DNA of 64,000 bases, taken from the NCBI RefSeq assembly GCF_009914755.1, contig NC_060946.1; one strand, given 5' to 3'. The stretch comes from the human T2T-CHM13v2.0 reference genome, Homo sapiens. Under the pieces are notes generated by a model. The model saw only the letters and a list, made by a program, of their open reading frames with translations. It had not been told where the DNA came from and ran no database searches. The translations under genes were made by a program, and so were the position numbers. Shown here piece by piece: positions 1 to 22,900 of this stretch. Position 1 is the stretch's first letter. Every line of letters begins with the position of its first letter.

Positions 1-845
<845 letters not shown>

Positions 846-1430
846 CCCGGAAGGGTCCCAGGGGGTCGAGACCTGCAGCCGCGGGCGTTGTGGGGTGGGG
901 GTGAGGATGTGGTGATGGTGGTGGTGGGGCCGGAAAGATGAAGAGAAAGGGGGCGAGGTGGAAGAGGGAGGGGGGTGCGATTGGGGGGATGGCTCTCCGG
1001 ACCTCTCAAGGAATCCCACGGGAACAGGAAACTACTCTCTGGGCTCCCATCCGTCTTCTGCAGGGAGAAACCGGCCTGGGAGTGTGGATGGGAGTGTGGA
1101 ACTGAATTTCCATGGGAGTCTTGAGTGTTCCTGGCCCTCTCTCCGTGAAGGAGGCAGTGCCGGTGGGTGTCGCCGTTGCCAGAACAGTGTCACACATGCA
1201 GGCGTGTGGCTCTCTTTCATTTACACGTAGGAGACCAGAGCGAGACCCCAGAGAAAATATGCCTCCCCGGCGTGATGGCCTGACGATGGATTCCCGTGTG
1301 CAGCAACATGGGGAGTGTGCAGTGTGGCTGGTTTGGAAACTGGCAAGGAGAGCGAAGGCACCATGCCGGTCTTCCACCCTTCCCTGCATGTTTCCGTGTG
1401 CCCGCAGAGCTCCGGGAGCAAACAGTCAGC

Positions 1431-4015
1431 ATGACACATCTCTGAAAAGATCAACAAAGTGGTGTAACACATGTCTAGGCTCTGCCTACAGGGGCTTTGT
1501 GACATATCTCTGCACTGATCACCCAGGTAATGGGACTTTTGTCTAGGCTATGCCTATGGGGGAGTTATGACATATCTCTACACTGATCACCCAGATGATG
1601 TAACTCTTGTGTTGTATCTGCCTATGGGGGCATTGTGACATATTTCTGCACTGATCATCCAGGTGATGGGACTCTTGTCTAGGCTCTGTGTATGTGGGCT
1701 TTGTGACATATCTCTGCATGGATCCCCCAGGTGATGGAACTCTTGTCTAGGCTCTGCCTACACGGGCATTTTGATGTATCACTGCACTGATCACCGAGAT
1801 GATCTAACTCTTGTATAGGCTTCACTGACAGGGGGCATGGAGACATATCTCTGCCCTGATCACCCAGGTGATGAAACTCTTGTCTAGGCTCTGCCTAATG
1901 GAGACATTGTGACATATCTCCGCACTGATCACCCAGGTGATGTCACTTTTGTCAAGGATATGGCTACAGGGACATTGTGACATGTCACTGCACTGAACGC
2001 ACAGTTGATGTAACCCTTGTCTAGGCTCTGCCAAAAGGGGGCGTTGGGACATAACTCTGCACTCATCACCCAGGTGATGGGACTCTTGTCTAGGCTCTGC
2101 CTAAAGGGGCATTGTGACATATCTCTGCAGTGATCACGAAGGTGATGTAACTCTTGTCTATATCTGCCTACTGGAGGCATTGTGGCATATTTCTGCACTG
2201 ATCACCCAGGTGATGGACTCTTGTCTTGGATCTGCCTACGGGGGCATAGTGACATGTCTCTGCACTGATCACTTATGTGATGTAACGCTCGTATAAGCTG
2301 CGCCTAAAGGGGAATTGTGACGGATATCTCCACTGATCACCCACATGATGTAACAATTTTTTGGGACTTGTCTACAGGGGGCTTTGTTACATATCTTTGC
2401 ACTGATCACCCAGGAGATGTAACTGTTGTCCAGGCTCGGCCTACAGGGGCTTCGTGACATATTTCCGCACAGATCACCCAGGTGGTGTAACTCTTGTTTA
2501 GGCTCTGTCTACAGGGGCTTTGTGACATATCTCTGCTCAGATCACCCAGGTGATGTAACTCTTGTCTAGGCTCCACCTACAGGGGGTGTTGTGACGTATC
2601 TCTGCACGGATCACCCAGGTGGTGTAACATTTATCTAGGCTCTGCCTACAGGGGCGTTTTGACATACCTCTGCACACATCAACTAGGTTTTGTAACTCTT
2701 GTCCACTCTCTGCCTAGAGGGGGCATTGTGAAATATCTCTGCACTGATCACCCAGGTGATGGGACTCTTCTCTATACTCTGCCGAGAGGGGATTTGTGAC
2801 ACATGTCTGCACTGATCACCCAGGTGATGGAAGTCTTCTCTAGGCTCTGTCTATGGGGGCATTGTGTCAAATTTCTGCACTGATCACCAAGGTGATGTAA
2901 CTCTTGTCTAGCCTCTGTCTACAGGGATTTTTTGACATATCATTGCTCTGATCACCTAGGTGATATAAGCCTTGCATGGGCTTTGCCTACAGAAGGCTTA
3001 GTGACATATCTATGCACTGATCTCTGAGATGATGCAACTCTTGACTAGGCACTGCCTACAGGGGACATTGGTATATCTCTCTGCACTGATCACCGAGGGA
3101 TGGACCCTTGTCTTAGATCTGCCTACATGGACATTATGACACATCTCTGAACTGATCAACGAAGTGATGAAACTCTTGTCTAGGCTCTGCCTACAGCGGC
3201 TTTGTGACACATCACTGCACTGATCACCCTGGGGAGGGAACTCTTGTCCAGCTCTGCCTACAGGAGGCTTTATGGTTGATACCTGCACTGATAACCTTGA
3301 TGATGTAACACTTGTCTAGGCTCTGTGTACAAGGGAATTCTCACATATCTCTGCACTGATCACACGGGTGATGTAACTCCTGTCTAGGTTCAGCCTACAG
3401 GAGCATTTTAACATATCTCTGCACTGATCACCCAGGTGATGTAACCCTTGTCTAAGTTCTGCCTACAGGGGCATTGTGATAGATCTCTCCACTGCTCACC
3501 CAGGTGATGTAAAAATTATCTGGGCTTTCCCTACAGGGGACTTTGTGATATACATTTCCACTGATCAAACAGGTGATGTAACCCTTGTCAAGATTCTGCT
3601 TACAGGGGATTTGTGACATATCCCTGCACTGATCACCCCAGGGAGGAAACACTTGTCTACACTCTGCCTACAGGAGGCTTTATGACTTATCCCTGCACTG
3701 ATCATTAGGTGATGTAACACTTGTCTGGCCTCTGTCTACACAGGAATTTTCACATATCTCTACACTGATCACCTAAGTGATGGAACCCTTGTCTAGGTTC
3801 AGCCTAGTGGTGATTTCTGACATACCTATGCACTGATCACCGCGGTGATGTAAATCATTCCCAGGCTATTTTTACAGGGGATATTGTGATATATCTCTGC
3901 ACTGATCACCCAAATGATGCAAATCTTCTCCAAGCTCTGCAGGGAGGGGGCATTGTGACGTATTTCTGAACTGATCATCCAGGAGATGTAACTATTCTCC
4001 AGGCTTTGACTAAAT
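1431..4015 (-). repeat. Beta satellite (68-bp Sau3A family), block 1
   Basis: Tandem ~68-bp monomers TGACATATCTCTGCACTGATCACCCAGGTGATGTAACTCTTGTCTAGGCTCTGCCTACAGGGGCATTG. Confidence 0.97.
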
Positions 4016-12150
<8,135 letters not shown>

Positions 12151-12894
12151 ATGACACATCTCTGAACTGATCAACAAAGTGATGTAACATTTGTCTAGGC
12201 TCTGCCTACTGGGGGTTTGTGACATATCTCTGCACTGATCACCCAGGTGATGTTACCCTTGTGTTGGATCTGCCTATGGGGGCATTGTGACATATTTCTG
12301 CACTGATCACCTAGGTGATGCGACTATTGTCTAGGCTCTGTGGATGGGGGCTTTGTGACATATCTCTGAACTGATCACCCAGGTGATGTAACGCTTGACT
12401 AGGCTCTGCCTACGGGGCACAGTGACATATCACTGCATTGATCACCGAGGTGATGTAACTCTTGTCCAGGCTCTGCCTATAGGGGGCCTTGTGACATATC
12501 TGTGCACTGATCATCTAGGTGATGTAACTCTTGCTTACGCTCTGCCTGCAGTGGCATTGTGAATGTACCTCTGCACTGATCACCCAGGTGACGGACTCTT
12601 TTCTTGGATATGCCAATGGGGGCATTGTGACATATCTCTGAACTGATCACTAAGGTGATGTAACTATTGTCTAGGCTCTGCTTAAAGGGGCCTTTCCACA
12701 TATCTCTGGACTGGTCACCCATGTGATGGATCTCTTATCTAGGCTCTGCTTACAGGGGGTATTGTGACATATCTCTGCACTGATCACCTAAGTGATGTAA
12801 CTCTTGTGTAGGCTCTGCCTACAGTGGCATTTTGACATATCTCTGCACTGTTAAACGAGGTGATGTAAGTTTTGTCCAGGCTGAGTTGTCTAGG
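12151..12894 (-). repeat. Beta satellite block 3
   Basis: About 11 monomers ending at a strand-switch junction. Confidence 0.96.
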
Positions 12895-12925
12895 AAGCAG
12901 AGAACTGCCATTCTTTCCTGGGCAT

Positions 12926-13273
12926 CCGTAGTGGGGCTGGTTCCGGGGTCCCCAGGTCGCCGGGGCGGTGGGGGAACCCCAAGCCGGGGCATCTCCACCT
13001 CGCCAGCACGTGCCCCCGGAGGCCTCTGCACAACAGGGGCAGATGCAAGGCATCCCGGCGCCCTCCCAGGTGCACCAGGATCCTGGATGTTCGTCTGCAC
13101 ACCCCTCCGGCATGCTGCTGGATGAGCTCTTGGCGAGCTCGGAGTTTTTGCAGCAGGCGCAACCTTTCCTAGAAACGGAGGCCCTGGGGGAGCTGGAGGC
13201 CTTGTAAGAGGCCGCCTCAACGGAAGCACCCCTCAGCGAGGAAGATTACCAGGATCTGCTGGAGGAGCTTTAG
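12926..13273 (+). pseudogene. DUX4L: DUX4-like C-terminal fragment, copy D (no homeoboxes)
   Basis: [17 protein letters not shown]...[30 protein letters not shown] then TAA 13205-13207; ancestral stop TAG 13271-13273. Confidence 0.92.
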
Positions 13274-13975
13274 GACTTGGGGTTGGGACGGGTCGGGTCG
13301 GGGCAGGGCGGTGGCCTCTCTTTCGCGGGGAACACCTGGCTGGCTATGGAGGGGCGTGTCTTCCCTCTTCTTTCATCACCGTGCTGACCGGCCTAGGATT
13401 CCTGCCTTCTAGGTCTAGGCCCAGTGAGAGACTCCACCCAGTGGAGAACTTCCATTCTTTCCTGGGCATCCCAGGGATCCCAGAGCCGGCCCAGGTAAAA
13501 GCAGTTGGGCCGCCTACTGTGCATGTGCGGGTTTGCGGGCCACCGCCTGTGCTGTGGGAGCAGCCCGGGCAGAGCTCTCCTGCCTTTCCACCACCCCATC
13601 CCCGCCTGACCTTCCCCTCCCCACCCCCACCCCCCACCCCAGGAAAATGCGTCCTCCTGTGGGCTGGGTGGAGACGGCCATCCCGCGAAACACCAGGTCC
13701 ACGCAGCGTCCAGGCCAGACTCTCTTCCAGATGCTTGCCTCCTCTTCGCTTCCGCGACACCATCGCTAGGCCACCCGTGCCCCTGAAGCCTCCCAGCTAC
13801 CACCATGGAGCGCCTGGTGGCAGAACTCAGACAGCTAGCTCTCTTTGCCGACCTCCTGGCTAGATCTACGCTCATTGCGTACCCCGGCTGATGTGCAAGG
13901 GAGCCCGCTGGACTCTCTGTGCCCTTGTCCATCCATGAAATTCCAGCTGAGGCTCTCCCAACAACTTGCGATGCT
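12926..13975 (+). repeat. D4Z4-derived cassette D (3' part only) with pLAM-like end
   Basis: 3' ORF, exon 2 (GTCTAGGCCCAGTGAGAG...GCCCAG|GT), C-rich LSau-type stretch, exon-3 acceptor AG 13862-13863. Confidence 0.92.
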
Positions 13976-16900
13976 CCTTAGTCAAAGCCTGGAGAATAGT
14001 TACAACTCCTGGATGATCAGTTCAGAAGTATGTCACAATGCCCCCTTCCTGCGGAGCCTAGAGAAGATTTGCATTATTTGGGTGAGCAGTGCAGAGATAT
14101 ATCACAAGGACCCCTATACAAAAAGCCTGGAAATGATTTACATCACCTCAGTGATCAGTGCATAGGTATGTCACAATTCCCCAGTAGGCTGAACCTAGAC
14201 AAGGGTTACCTCACTTAAGTGATCAGTGTAGAGATATGTGAAAATTCCCCTGTAGACAGAGCCTAGACAAGTGTTACATCATCTAGTGATCAGTGCAGGG
14301 ATAAGTCGTAAAGCCTCCTGTAGGCAGAGTGTAGACAATTGTTTCCTCCCTGGGGTGATCAGTGCAGATATATGTCACAAAGCCCCTGTAAGCAGAACCT
14401 TGACAAGGGTTACATCACCTGTTTGATCAGTGGAAATTTATATCACAAAGACCCCTGTAGGCAAAGCCCAGACAATTGTTACATCACCTGGGTGAGCAGT
14501 GGAGAGATCTGTCACAATGGCCCTGTAGGCAGAGCTTTGACAAGGGTTACATCACCTGGGTGATCAGTGCAGAGATATGTCACAACACTCCTGTAGGCTG
14601 AACCTAGAAAAGAATTACATCACCCCGGTGATCAGTGCAGACATATTTGAGAATTACCGTGTAGGCAGAGCCTAGACAAGTGTTACATCACCTAGGTTAT
14701 CATTGCAGGTATAAGTCACAAAGTCTCCTGTAGGCAGAGCATAGACAAGAGTTCCCTCCCCAGGGTGATCAGTGCAGAGATGTGTCACAAAACCCCTGTA
14801 GGCAGAGCCTAGACAAGAGTTTCATCACTTGGTTGATCAGTACAATGATGCATCACAATGACCATGTAGGCACATCTAAGACAAGAGTCCATCACCTGTG
14901 TGATCGGTGCAGTGAGATGTACCAATGTCCCCTGTAGGCAGTGCCTAGTCAAGAGTTGCATCATCTCAGAGATCAGTGCATAGATATGTCACAAAGCCTT
15001 CTGTAGGCAAAGCCCATACAAGGCATACATCACCTAGGTGATCAGTGCAGTGATATGTCACAAAAATACCTGTAGACACAGCCTAGAGAAGAGTTACATC
15101 ACCTGTGTGATCAGTGCAGATATTTCACACAATGCCCCCATAGACAGAGCCTAGAAAAGACTTCCATCACCTGAGAGATCAGTGGAGAGATGTGTCACAA
15201 TTCCCCCTCTCGGCAGAGTATAGAGAAGAGTCTCATCACCTGGGTGATCAGTGCAGAGATATTTCACAATGCTCCCTGTAGGCAGAGAGTGGACAAGAGT
15301 TACATAACCTAGGTGATCTGTGCAGAGCTATGTCAAAACCCCCCTGTAGGCAGAGCCTAGATAAATGTTACATCACCTGGGTTATCAGGGCAGAGATACG
15401 TCAAAATACACCCCGTAGGTGGAGCCTAGACAAGAGTTACATCACCTGGGTGATCAGTGGAGAGATAAATCACAATATCCCCTGTAGGTGGAGTCTAGAC
15501 AAGAGTTACATCACATGGGTGATTAGTACAGAAATATGTCACAAAGCCCCAGTAGGCAGAGCCTAAACAGGAGTTACATCACCTGGGTGATCAGTACAGA
15601 AATGTGTCACAAAGCCCCTGTAGGCAGAGCCTAAACAAGAGTTACATCTCCTTGGTTATCAGTGCAGAAATATGTCACAAAGACCCTGTAGGCCGAGCCT
15701 AGACAAGAGTTACATCTCCTGGGTGATCAGGGCAAAGATATGTCACAAAGCACCTGTAGACAAATCCCAGAAAATTTTTACAACACCTCCGTGATCACTG
15801 GAGACATCTGTCACAATTCCACTTAAGGCGCAGCTTAGACAAGGGTTACATCACATGAGTGATCAGTGCCAAGATATGACACTATGCCCCCACAGTCAGA
15901 TCTAAGACAAGAGTCCATCACCTATGTGATCAGTGCAGAAATATGTCACAATTGCGCCAGTAGGCAGATATAGACAAGAGTTACATCACCTGCGTGATCA
16001 CTGCAGAGACATATCACAATGCCTCTGTAGGCAGAGCCTAGACAAGAGTCCCATCACCTGGGTGATCAGTGCAAGTTATGTCACAATGCCCCCTTTTGGC
16101 AGAGCCTAGACAAGGCTTATATCACCTGGGTGATCAGTGCAGAGATGTGTCACAAGCCCCCTGTAGCCAGAGCCTAGAGAAGGTTTACATCAGCTGTGTG
16201 ATCAGTGCAGTGACATGTCACTATGTCTCTGTAGCCATATCCTTGACAAAAGTGACATCACCTTGGTGATCAGTGCAGAAATATGTCACAATGTCTCCAA
16301 TAGGCAGAGCCTAGACAAGGGTTACATTACCTGGGAGATCAGGGCAGAGATATGTCATAAATCCCACTGTACGCAAAGCCTTTGCACGTTTTACATCACC
16401 TCACAATTCAGTGCAGTGATATGTCCCAATTTCCCTCTAGGCAGAGCTTAGACAAGAGTCACATCTCCTGGGTGATCAGTGCAGAGATAAGTCACAATTC
16501 CCAAATAGGCAGAGCCTAGACAACAGTTACATAACCCGGGTGATCTGTGCAGAGGGATGTCACAATGCCCTCTGTAGGCAGAGACTAGAAAAGAGTTATG
16601 TCACCTGGGTGATCAGTGCAGAGATATGTCACATGTCAACCTCTAGACAGAGTGTAGAGAAGAGTCCCATCACCTGAGTGATCAGTGCAGAGATAATTCA
16701 CAATGTCCCCTGCAGCAGAGAGTGGACCAGAGTTACATAACATAGGTGATCTGTGCAGAGCTATGTCAAAACGCCCCTGTAGGCAGAGCCTAGATAAATG
16801 TTACATCAACTGCATGATCAGTGCAGAGATATGTCACAATACCCCCTGTAGGTGGAACCTAGACAAGAGTTACATCACCTGGGTGATCAGTGCAGAGATA

Positions 16901-19900
16901 TGTCACAATAGCCCCTGTAGGTGAAGCATAGAGAAGAGTTACATCACCTGGGTGATCAGTACAGATATATGTCACAAAGCCCCTGCAGGCAGAGCCTAAA
17001 CAAGGGTTACATTACCTGGGTGATCAGTGCAGAAATATGTCACAAACCCCTATAGGCCGAGCCTAGACAAGAGTTGATACATCTCCTTGGTGATCAGTGC
17101 AAAGATATGTCACAAAGCCCCCTGTAGAAAAATATCAGAAGATTGTTACATCACCTGGGTGATCAGTGGAGATATCTGTCACAATTCCTCTTTAGATGTA
17201 GCTTAGACAAGCGTTACATCACATGACTGATCAGTGCAGAGATATGTCACTATGCCACCATAGGCAGATCCAAGACAAGAGTCCATCACCCGGGTGATCA
17301 GTGAAGATATATGCCAAAATGCCTCAGGTAGGCAGATATAGACAAGAGTTACATCACCTGCATGATCACAGCAGAGATATATCACAAAGCCCCTGTAGGT
17401 AGAGCCTAGACAAGAGTCCCATCACCTGGGTGATCAGTGCAGAGTTATGTCACAATGCCCCATTTAGCAGAGCCTAGACAAAGGTTACATCACCTGGGTG
17501 ATCAGTGCAGTGATGTGTCACAAGCCCCCTGTAGCCAGAGCCTAGACAAGATTTACATCAGCTGTGTGATCAGTGCAGTGACATATCACAATGCCCCTGT
17601 AGCCATATCCTTGAAAAAATGTCATCACCTGGGTGATCAGTGCAGAGATATGTCACAATGTCTCCAGTAGGCAGAGCCTAGACAAGAGTTACATCACCTG
17701 GGTAATCAGGGCAGAGATATGTCACAATGCCCCCTGTAAGGACATCCCAGAGAAGAGTTGCATCACCTCGGTGATCAGTGCAGAGATATGTGACAATGCG
17801 CCCTGTAGGCAGAGCATAGAGAAGAGTTGCATCACCTGGGTGATCAGTGCAGAGATATGTCACAATGTCCCCTGTAGGCAGAGCATAGAGAAGAGTTGCA
17901 TCACCTGGGTGATGATTGCAGAGGTATGTCACAATGTCCCCTGTAGGCAAAGCCTAGACAAGACTTACATCACCTCTGTCATCAGTTTAGTGATATGTGA
18001 AAACGCCCCTGGAGGCAGAGCCTAGACACTGTTTACATCACCTAGTTGATCAGTGCAGAGATATCTCACAATACCCCCTATAGTCAGATCCTAGACAAGA
18101 GTTGAATCACCTGGGTGATCAGTGCACAGATATTTTACAATGCCCCCATTGCACCGAGGGTATACAAGTGTTAAATCACCTGGGTGATCAGTGCACAGAT
18201 ATTTTACAATGCCCCCATTGCACCGAGGGTATACAAGAGTTACATCACCTAGGTGATCAGTGCTGAGATTTGTCAATATTCCCTGTAGGCAGTGCTTATA
18301 AAAGGGTTACATCACCTATGTGATCAGTGCAGAGATATGTCACAAAGCTCCTGTAGGCAGAGCTTAGATGAGTTACGTCACCTGTGTGATCAGTGCAAAG
18401 GTATGACAAAAAGCCCCCTGTAGGCTAAGCCTAGACAATAGTTACATCACTTGGGTGATCAGTGGCAAGATCTCTCACAATTCCCCTGTAGGCAGAGTTT
18501 ATACAACAGTTACATCACCTGGGTGATCAGTGTAGAGTTATGTCACAATGTCCTCATAGGCATATCCAAGACAAGAGTCTGTCACCTGTGTGATCAGTGC
18601 AGAAATATGTCAGAATGCCCCCTTAGGCAGAGCCTAGACAAAAGCCCTATCACCTGGATGATCAGTGCAGAGTTATGTCACAAAGTCCCTTTAGGCAGAT
18701 CCTAGACAAGTGTTACATCACTGGGGTCATCAGTGCAGAGATATGTCACAATGCCACGGAAGGCAGAGCCTAGACAAGAGTTACATGACATTGGTGATCG
18801 GTGCACAGATACATCGCAATGTCCCTGTAGGCAGAGCCTTGACAAGTCGTACATCACCTAGGTGATCATTGCAGGGATATGTCACAAAGCACCCTGTAGG
18901 CAGATCCTAGAGGAGAGTTATATCACTTGGGTGATCAGTGCAGAGATATGTCGCAAGTCCCCTGTAGGCAGATCTTAGACAAGACTTACATCACTTGGGT
19001 GATCAGTGCAGAGATATGTCTCAATCCCCCTGTGGGCACAGCCTAGACAAGCGTTACATCACCTCGGTTAACAGTGCAGAGATATGTCAAAATGCCCCTG
19101 TAGGCAGAGCCTACACAAGTGTTACATCACTTAGGTGATCAGTGCAGAGATATGTCACCATAACCCCTGTAAGCAGAGCCTAGACAAGAGTTACATCACC
19201 TGGGTGATCAGTGCAGAGATATGTGACAAGGCCCCTTTAAGCAGAGCCTAGAAAAAAGTTACATCATCTGAGTGATCAGTGCAGAGATCTGTCACAATGA
19301 CCCTTTAGGCAGAGCTTAGACCAGAGTTACATCACGTGGGTGATCAGTGCAGAGATATGTCACAATGCCCCCATAGGCAAATCCAAGATAAGAGTCCGTC
19401 ACCTTGGTGATCAGTGCAGAAATATGTCACAGTGCCCCCTTAGGCAGAGCCTAGACAAAAGCCCCATCACCTGGATGATCAGTGCAGAGTTATGTCACAA
19501 AGTCCCTTTTGGCAGATCCTAGACAAGAGTTACATCACCTGGGTGATCAGTGCAGAGATATGTCACAATGCCACTGTAGGCAAAGCCTAGACAAGTGTTA
19601 CATGACCTAGGTGATCAGTGCAGAGATACATCGCAATGCCCCTGTAGGCAGAGCCTACACAAGTGTTACATCACTTAGGTGATCAGTGCAGAGATATGTC
19701 ACAATACCCCCTGAAAGCAGAGCCTAGCCAAGAGTTACATCATCTGGGTGATCAGTACAGAGATATGTCACAATTCCCCCTGGAGGCAGAGCCTAGAGAA
19801 GAGCCGCATCACATGGGTGATCAGTGCAGAGATATGTCACAGTGTCCCCTGTAGGCAGAGCATAGGGAAGAGTTGCATCACCTGGGTGATCAGTGCAGAG

Positions 19901-22900
19901 ATATGTCACAATGTCCCCTGCAGGCAAAGCCTAGGCAAGATTTACATCACCTTTGTCATCAGTTCAGTGATATGTGAAAACGCCACAGTAGGCAGATCAT
20001 AGACAAGGGTTGAATCACCTGGGTAATCAGTGCAGAGACATTTCACAATGCCCCCTTTGGGCAGAGGGTAGACAAGAGTTACATCACCTAGGTGATCAGT
20101 GCAGAGATTTGTCACAATTCCTTGTAGGCAGTGCTTATAAATGTGTTACATCACCTAAGTGATCAGTGCAGAGATATGTCACAAAGCTGCTGTAGGCAGA
20201 AATTAGATGAGTTACATCACCTGGGTGATCAGTGCAAAGGTATGTGAAAAAGCCCCCTGTAGGCAAAGCCTAGACAATAGTTTCATCACTTGGGTGATAA
20301 GTCTCGATATCTCTCACAATTCCCCTGTAGGCAGGGCTTATACAACAGTTACATCACCTGGGTGATAAGTGCAGAGATATGCCACAATTCCCCCTTAGGC
20401 AGATCCTTGACAAAAGCCCCAAAACCGGGATGATTAGTGCAGTTATGTCACAAAATCCCTTTAGGCAGATCCTAGACAAGTGTTACATCACTTGGATGAT
20501 CAGTGCAGAGATATGTCACAATACCACTGTAGGCAGAGCCTAGACAAGAGTTACATGGCCTAGGTGATCAGTGCAGAGATACATCGCAATGTCCCTGTAG
20601 GCAGAGCCTTGACAAGTCGTACATCACCTGGGTGATCATTGCAGGGATATGTCACAAAGCACCCTGTAGGCAGATTTTAGAAAATAGTTACATCACCTGG
20701 GTGATCAGTGAAGAGATATGTCACAATGCCACTGTAGGTACAGCCTAGACAAGAGTTACATGACCTAGGTGGTCAGTGCAGAGATACATCGCAATGCCCG
20801 TGTAGGCACAGCCTTGACAAGGGGTATATCACCTTGGTGATCATTGCAGGGATATGCCACAAAGCACCCTGTAGGCAGATCCTAGACAAGAGTTATGTCA
20901 CCTGGGTGATCAGTGCAGTGATATGTCACAATGCCGTGTAGCCAGAGCCTAGACTAAATTTACTGCACCTGGGAGATCAGTGCAGAGATATGTCACAATA
21001 TCCCCAGTAGGCAGATACTAGGCAAGAGTTGGATCACCTCGGGATCATTGCAGAGATAGGTCTCAATCACCCTGTGGGCACAGCCTTGACAAGAGTTTCA
21101 TCACCTCGGTTAACAGTGCAGAGATATGTCAAAATTCCCCTGTAGGCAGAGCCTACACAAGTGTTATATCACTTAGGTCCTCAGTGCGGAGATATGTCAC
21201 AATACCCCCTGTAAGCAGAGCCTAGACAACAGTTACATCACTAGGGTGATCAGTGCAGAGATATGTCACAATGCCCCCTGGAGGCAGAGCATAGAGAAGA
21301 GCTGCATCACCTGGGTGATCAGTGAAGACATATGTCACAATATCCCCCGTAGGCAGAGCATAGAGAAGAGTTGCATCACCTGGGTGATCAGTGCAGAGAT
21401 ATGTCACAATGTCCCCTGTAGGCAAATCCTAGGCAAGAGTTACATCACCTTTGTCATTCAATTCAGGGATATGTGAAAACGCCACTGTAGGCAAATCCTA
21501 GACTGGAGTTGAATCGCCTGGGTGATCAGTGAAGAGACATTTCAAAATGCCCCTTTGGGCAGACGGTAGACAAGAGTTACATCGCCTAGGTGATCAGTGC
21601 AAAGATTTGTCAAAATTCCCTGTAGGCAGTGCTTATAAAAGTGTTACATCACCTAAGTGATCAGTGCAGACATATGTCACAAAGCTTCTGTTGGAAGAAC
21701 TTAGATGAGTTACATCAACTGGGTGATCAGTGAAAACGTATGTCACAAAGCCCCCTTTAGGCAAAGCCTAGACAATAGTTACATCACTTGGGTGATCAGT
21801 TTCGAGATCTCTCACAATTCCCCTGTAGGCAGAGCTTATACAACAGTTACATCACCTGGGTGATCAGTGCAGAGATATGTCACAATGCCCCCTTAGGCAG
21901 ATCCAAGACAAGAGTCGGTCACCTGGGAGATCAGTGCAGAAATATGTCTCAATGCCCCCTTAGGCAGAGCCTAGACAAAAGCCCCAAAACCGGGATGATC
22001 AGTGCAGAGTTATGTCACAAAATCCCTTTAGGCAGATCCTAGACAAGTGTTACGTCACTTGGATGATCAGTGCAGAGATATGTCACAATGCCACTGTAGG
22101 CAGAACCTATACAAGTGTTACATGACCTAGGTGATCAGTGCAGAGCTACATCGTAATGTCCCTGTAGGCAGAGCCTTGAAAAATGGTACATCACCTGGGT
22201 GATCACTACCGGGATATATCACAAAGCACCCTGTGGGCAGATCTTAGAAAAGAGTTACATCACCTGGGTGATCAGTGCAGAGATATTTTACAATGCCACT
22301 GTACGCAGAGCCTAGACAAGAGTTACATGACCTAGGTGATCAGTGCAGAGATGCATCGCAATGCCCCTGTTGGCAGAGCCTTGACAAATGGTACATCAGC
22401 TGGGTGATTATTGCACGGATATATCACAAAGCAATCTGTAGGCAGATCCTAGAGAAGAGTTACATCACCTGGATGATCAGTGCAGAGATATGTCACAAGC
22501 CCACTGTAGGCAGAGCCTAGAAAAGGGTTATATCACCTGGGTGATCAGTGCAGTGATATGTCACAATGCCGTGTAGCCAGAGCCTAGAAAAGTGTTATAT
22601 CACCTGGGTGATCAGTGGAGTGATATGTCACAATGCCATGTAGCCAGAGCCTAGACTAAAGTTACAGCACCTGGGAGATCAGTGCATAGATATGTCACAA
22701 TGTCCGCAGTAGGCGGAGACCAGGCAAGATTTGGATCACCTCGGGATCAGTGCAGAGATATGTCTCAATCCCCCTGTGGGCACAGCCTGGACAAGAGTTA
22801 TGTCACCTCGGTTAACAGTGCAGAGATATGTTAAAATGCCCCTGTAGGCAGAGCCTACACAAGTGTTACATCACTTAGGTGATCAGTGCAATGATATGTC

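Noticed and set aside
880-990. Poly-His/Pro/Thr peptides from (CAC)n and C-rich runs upstream of the promoters
   Set aside because: Low-complexity D4Z4 sequence that varies in length and frame between copies.
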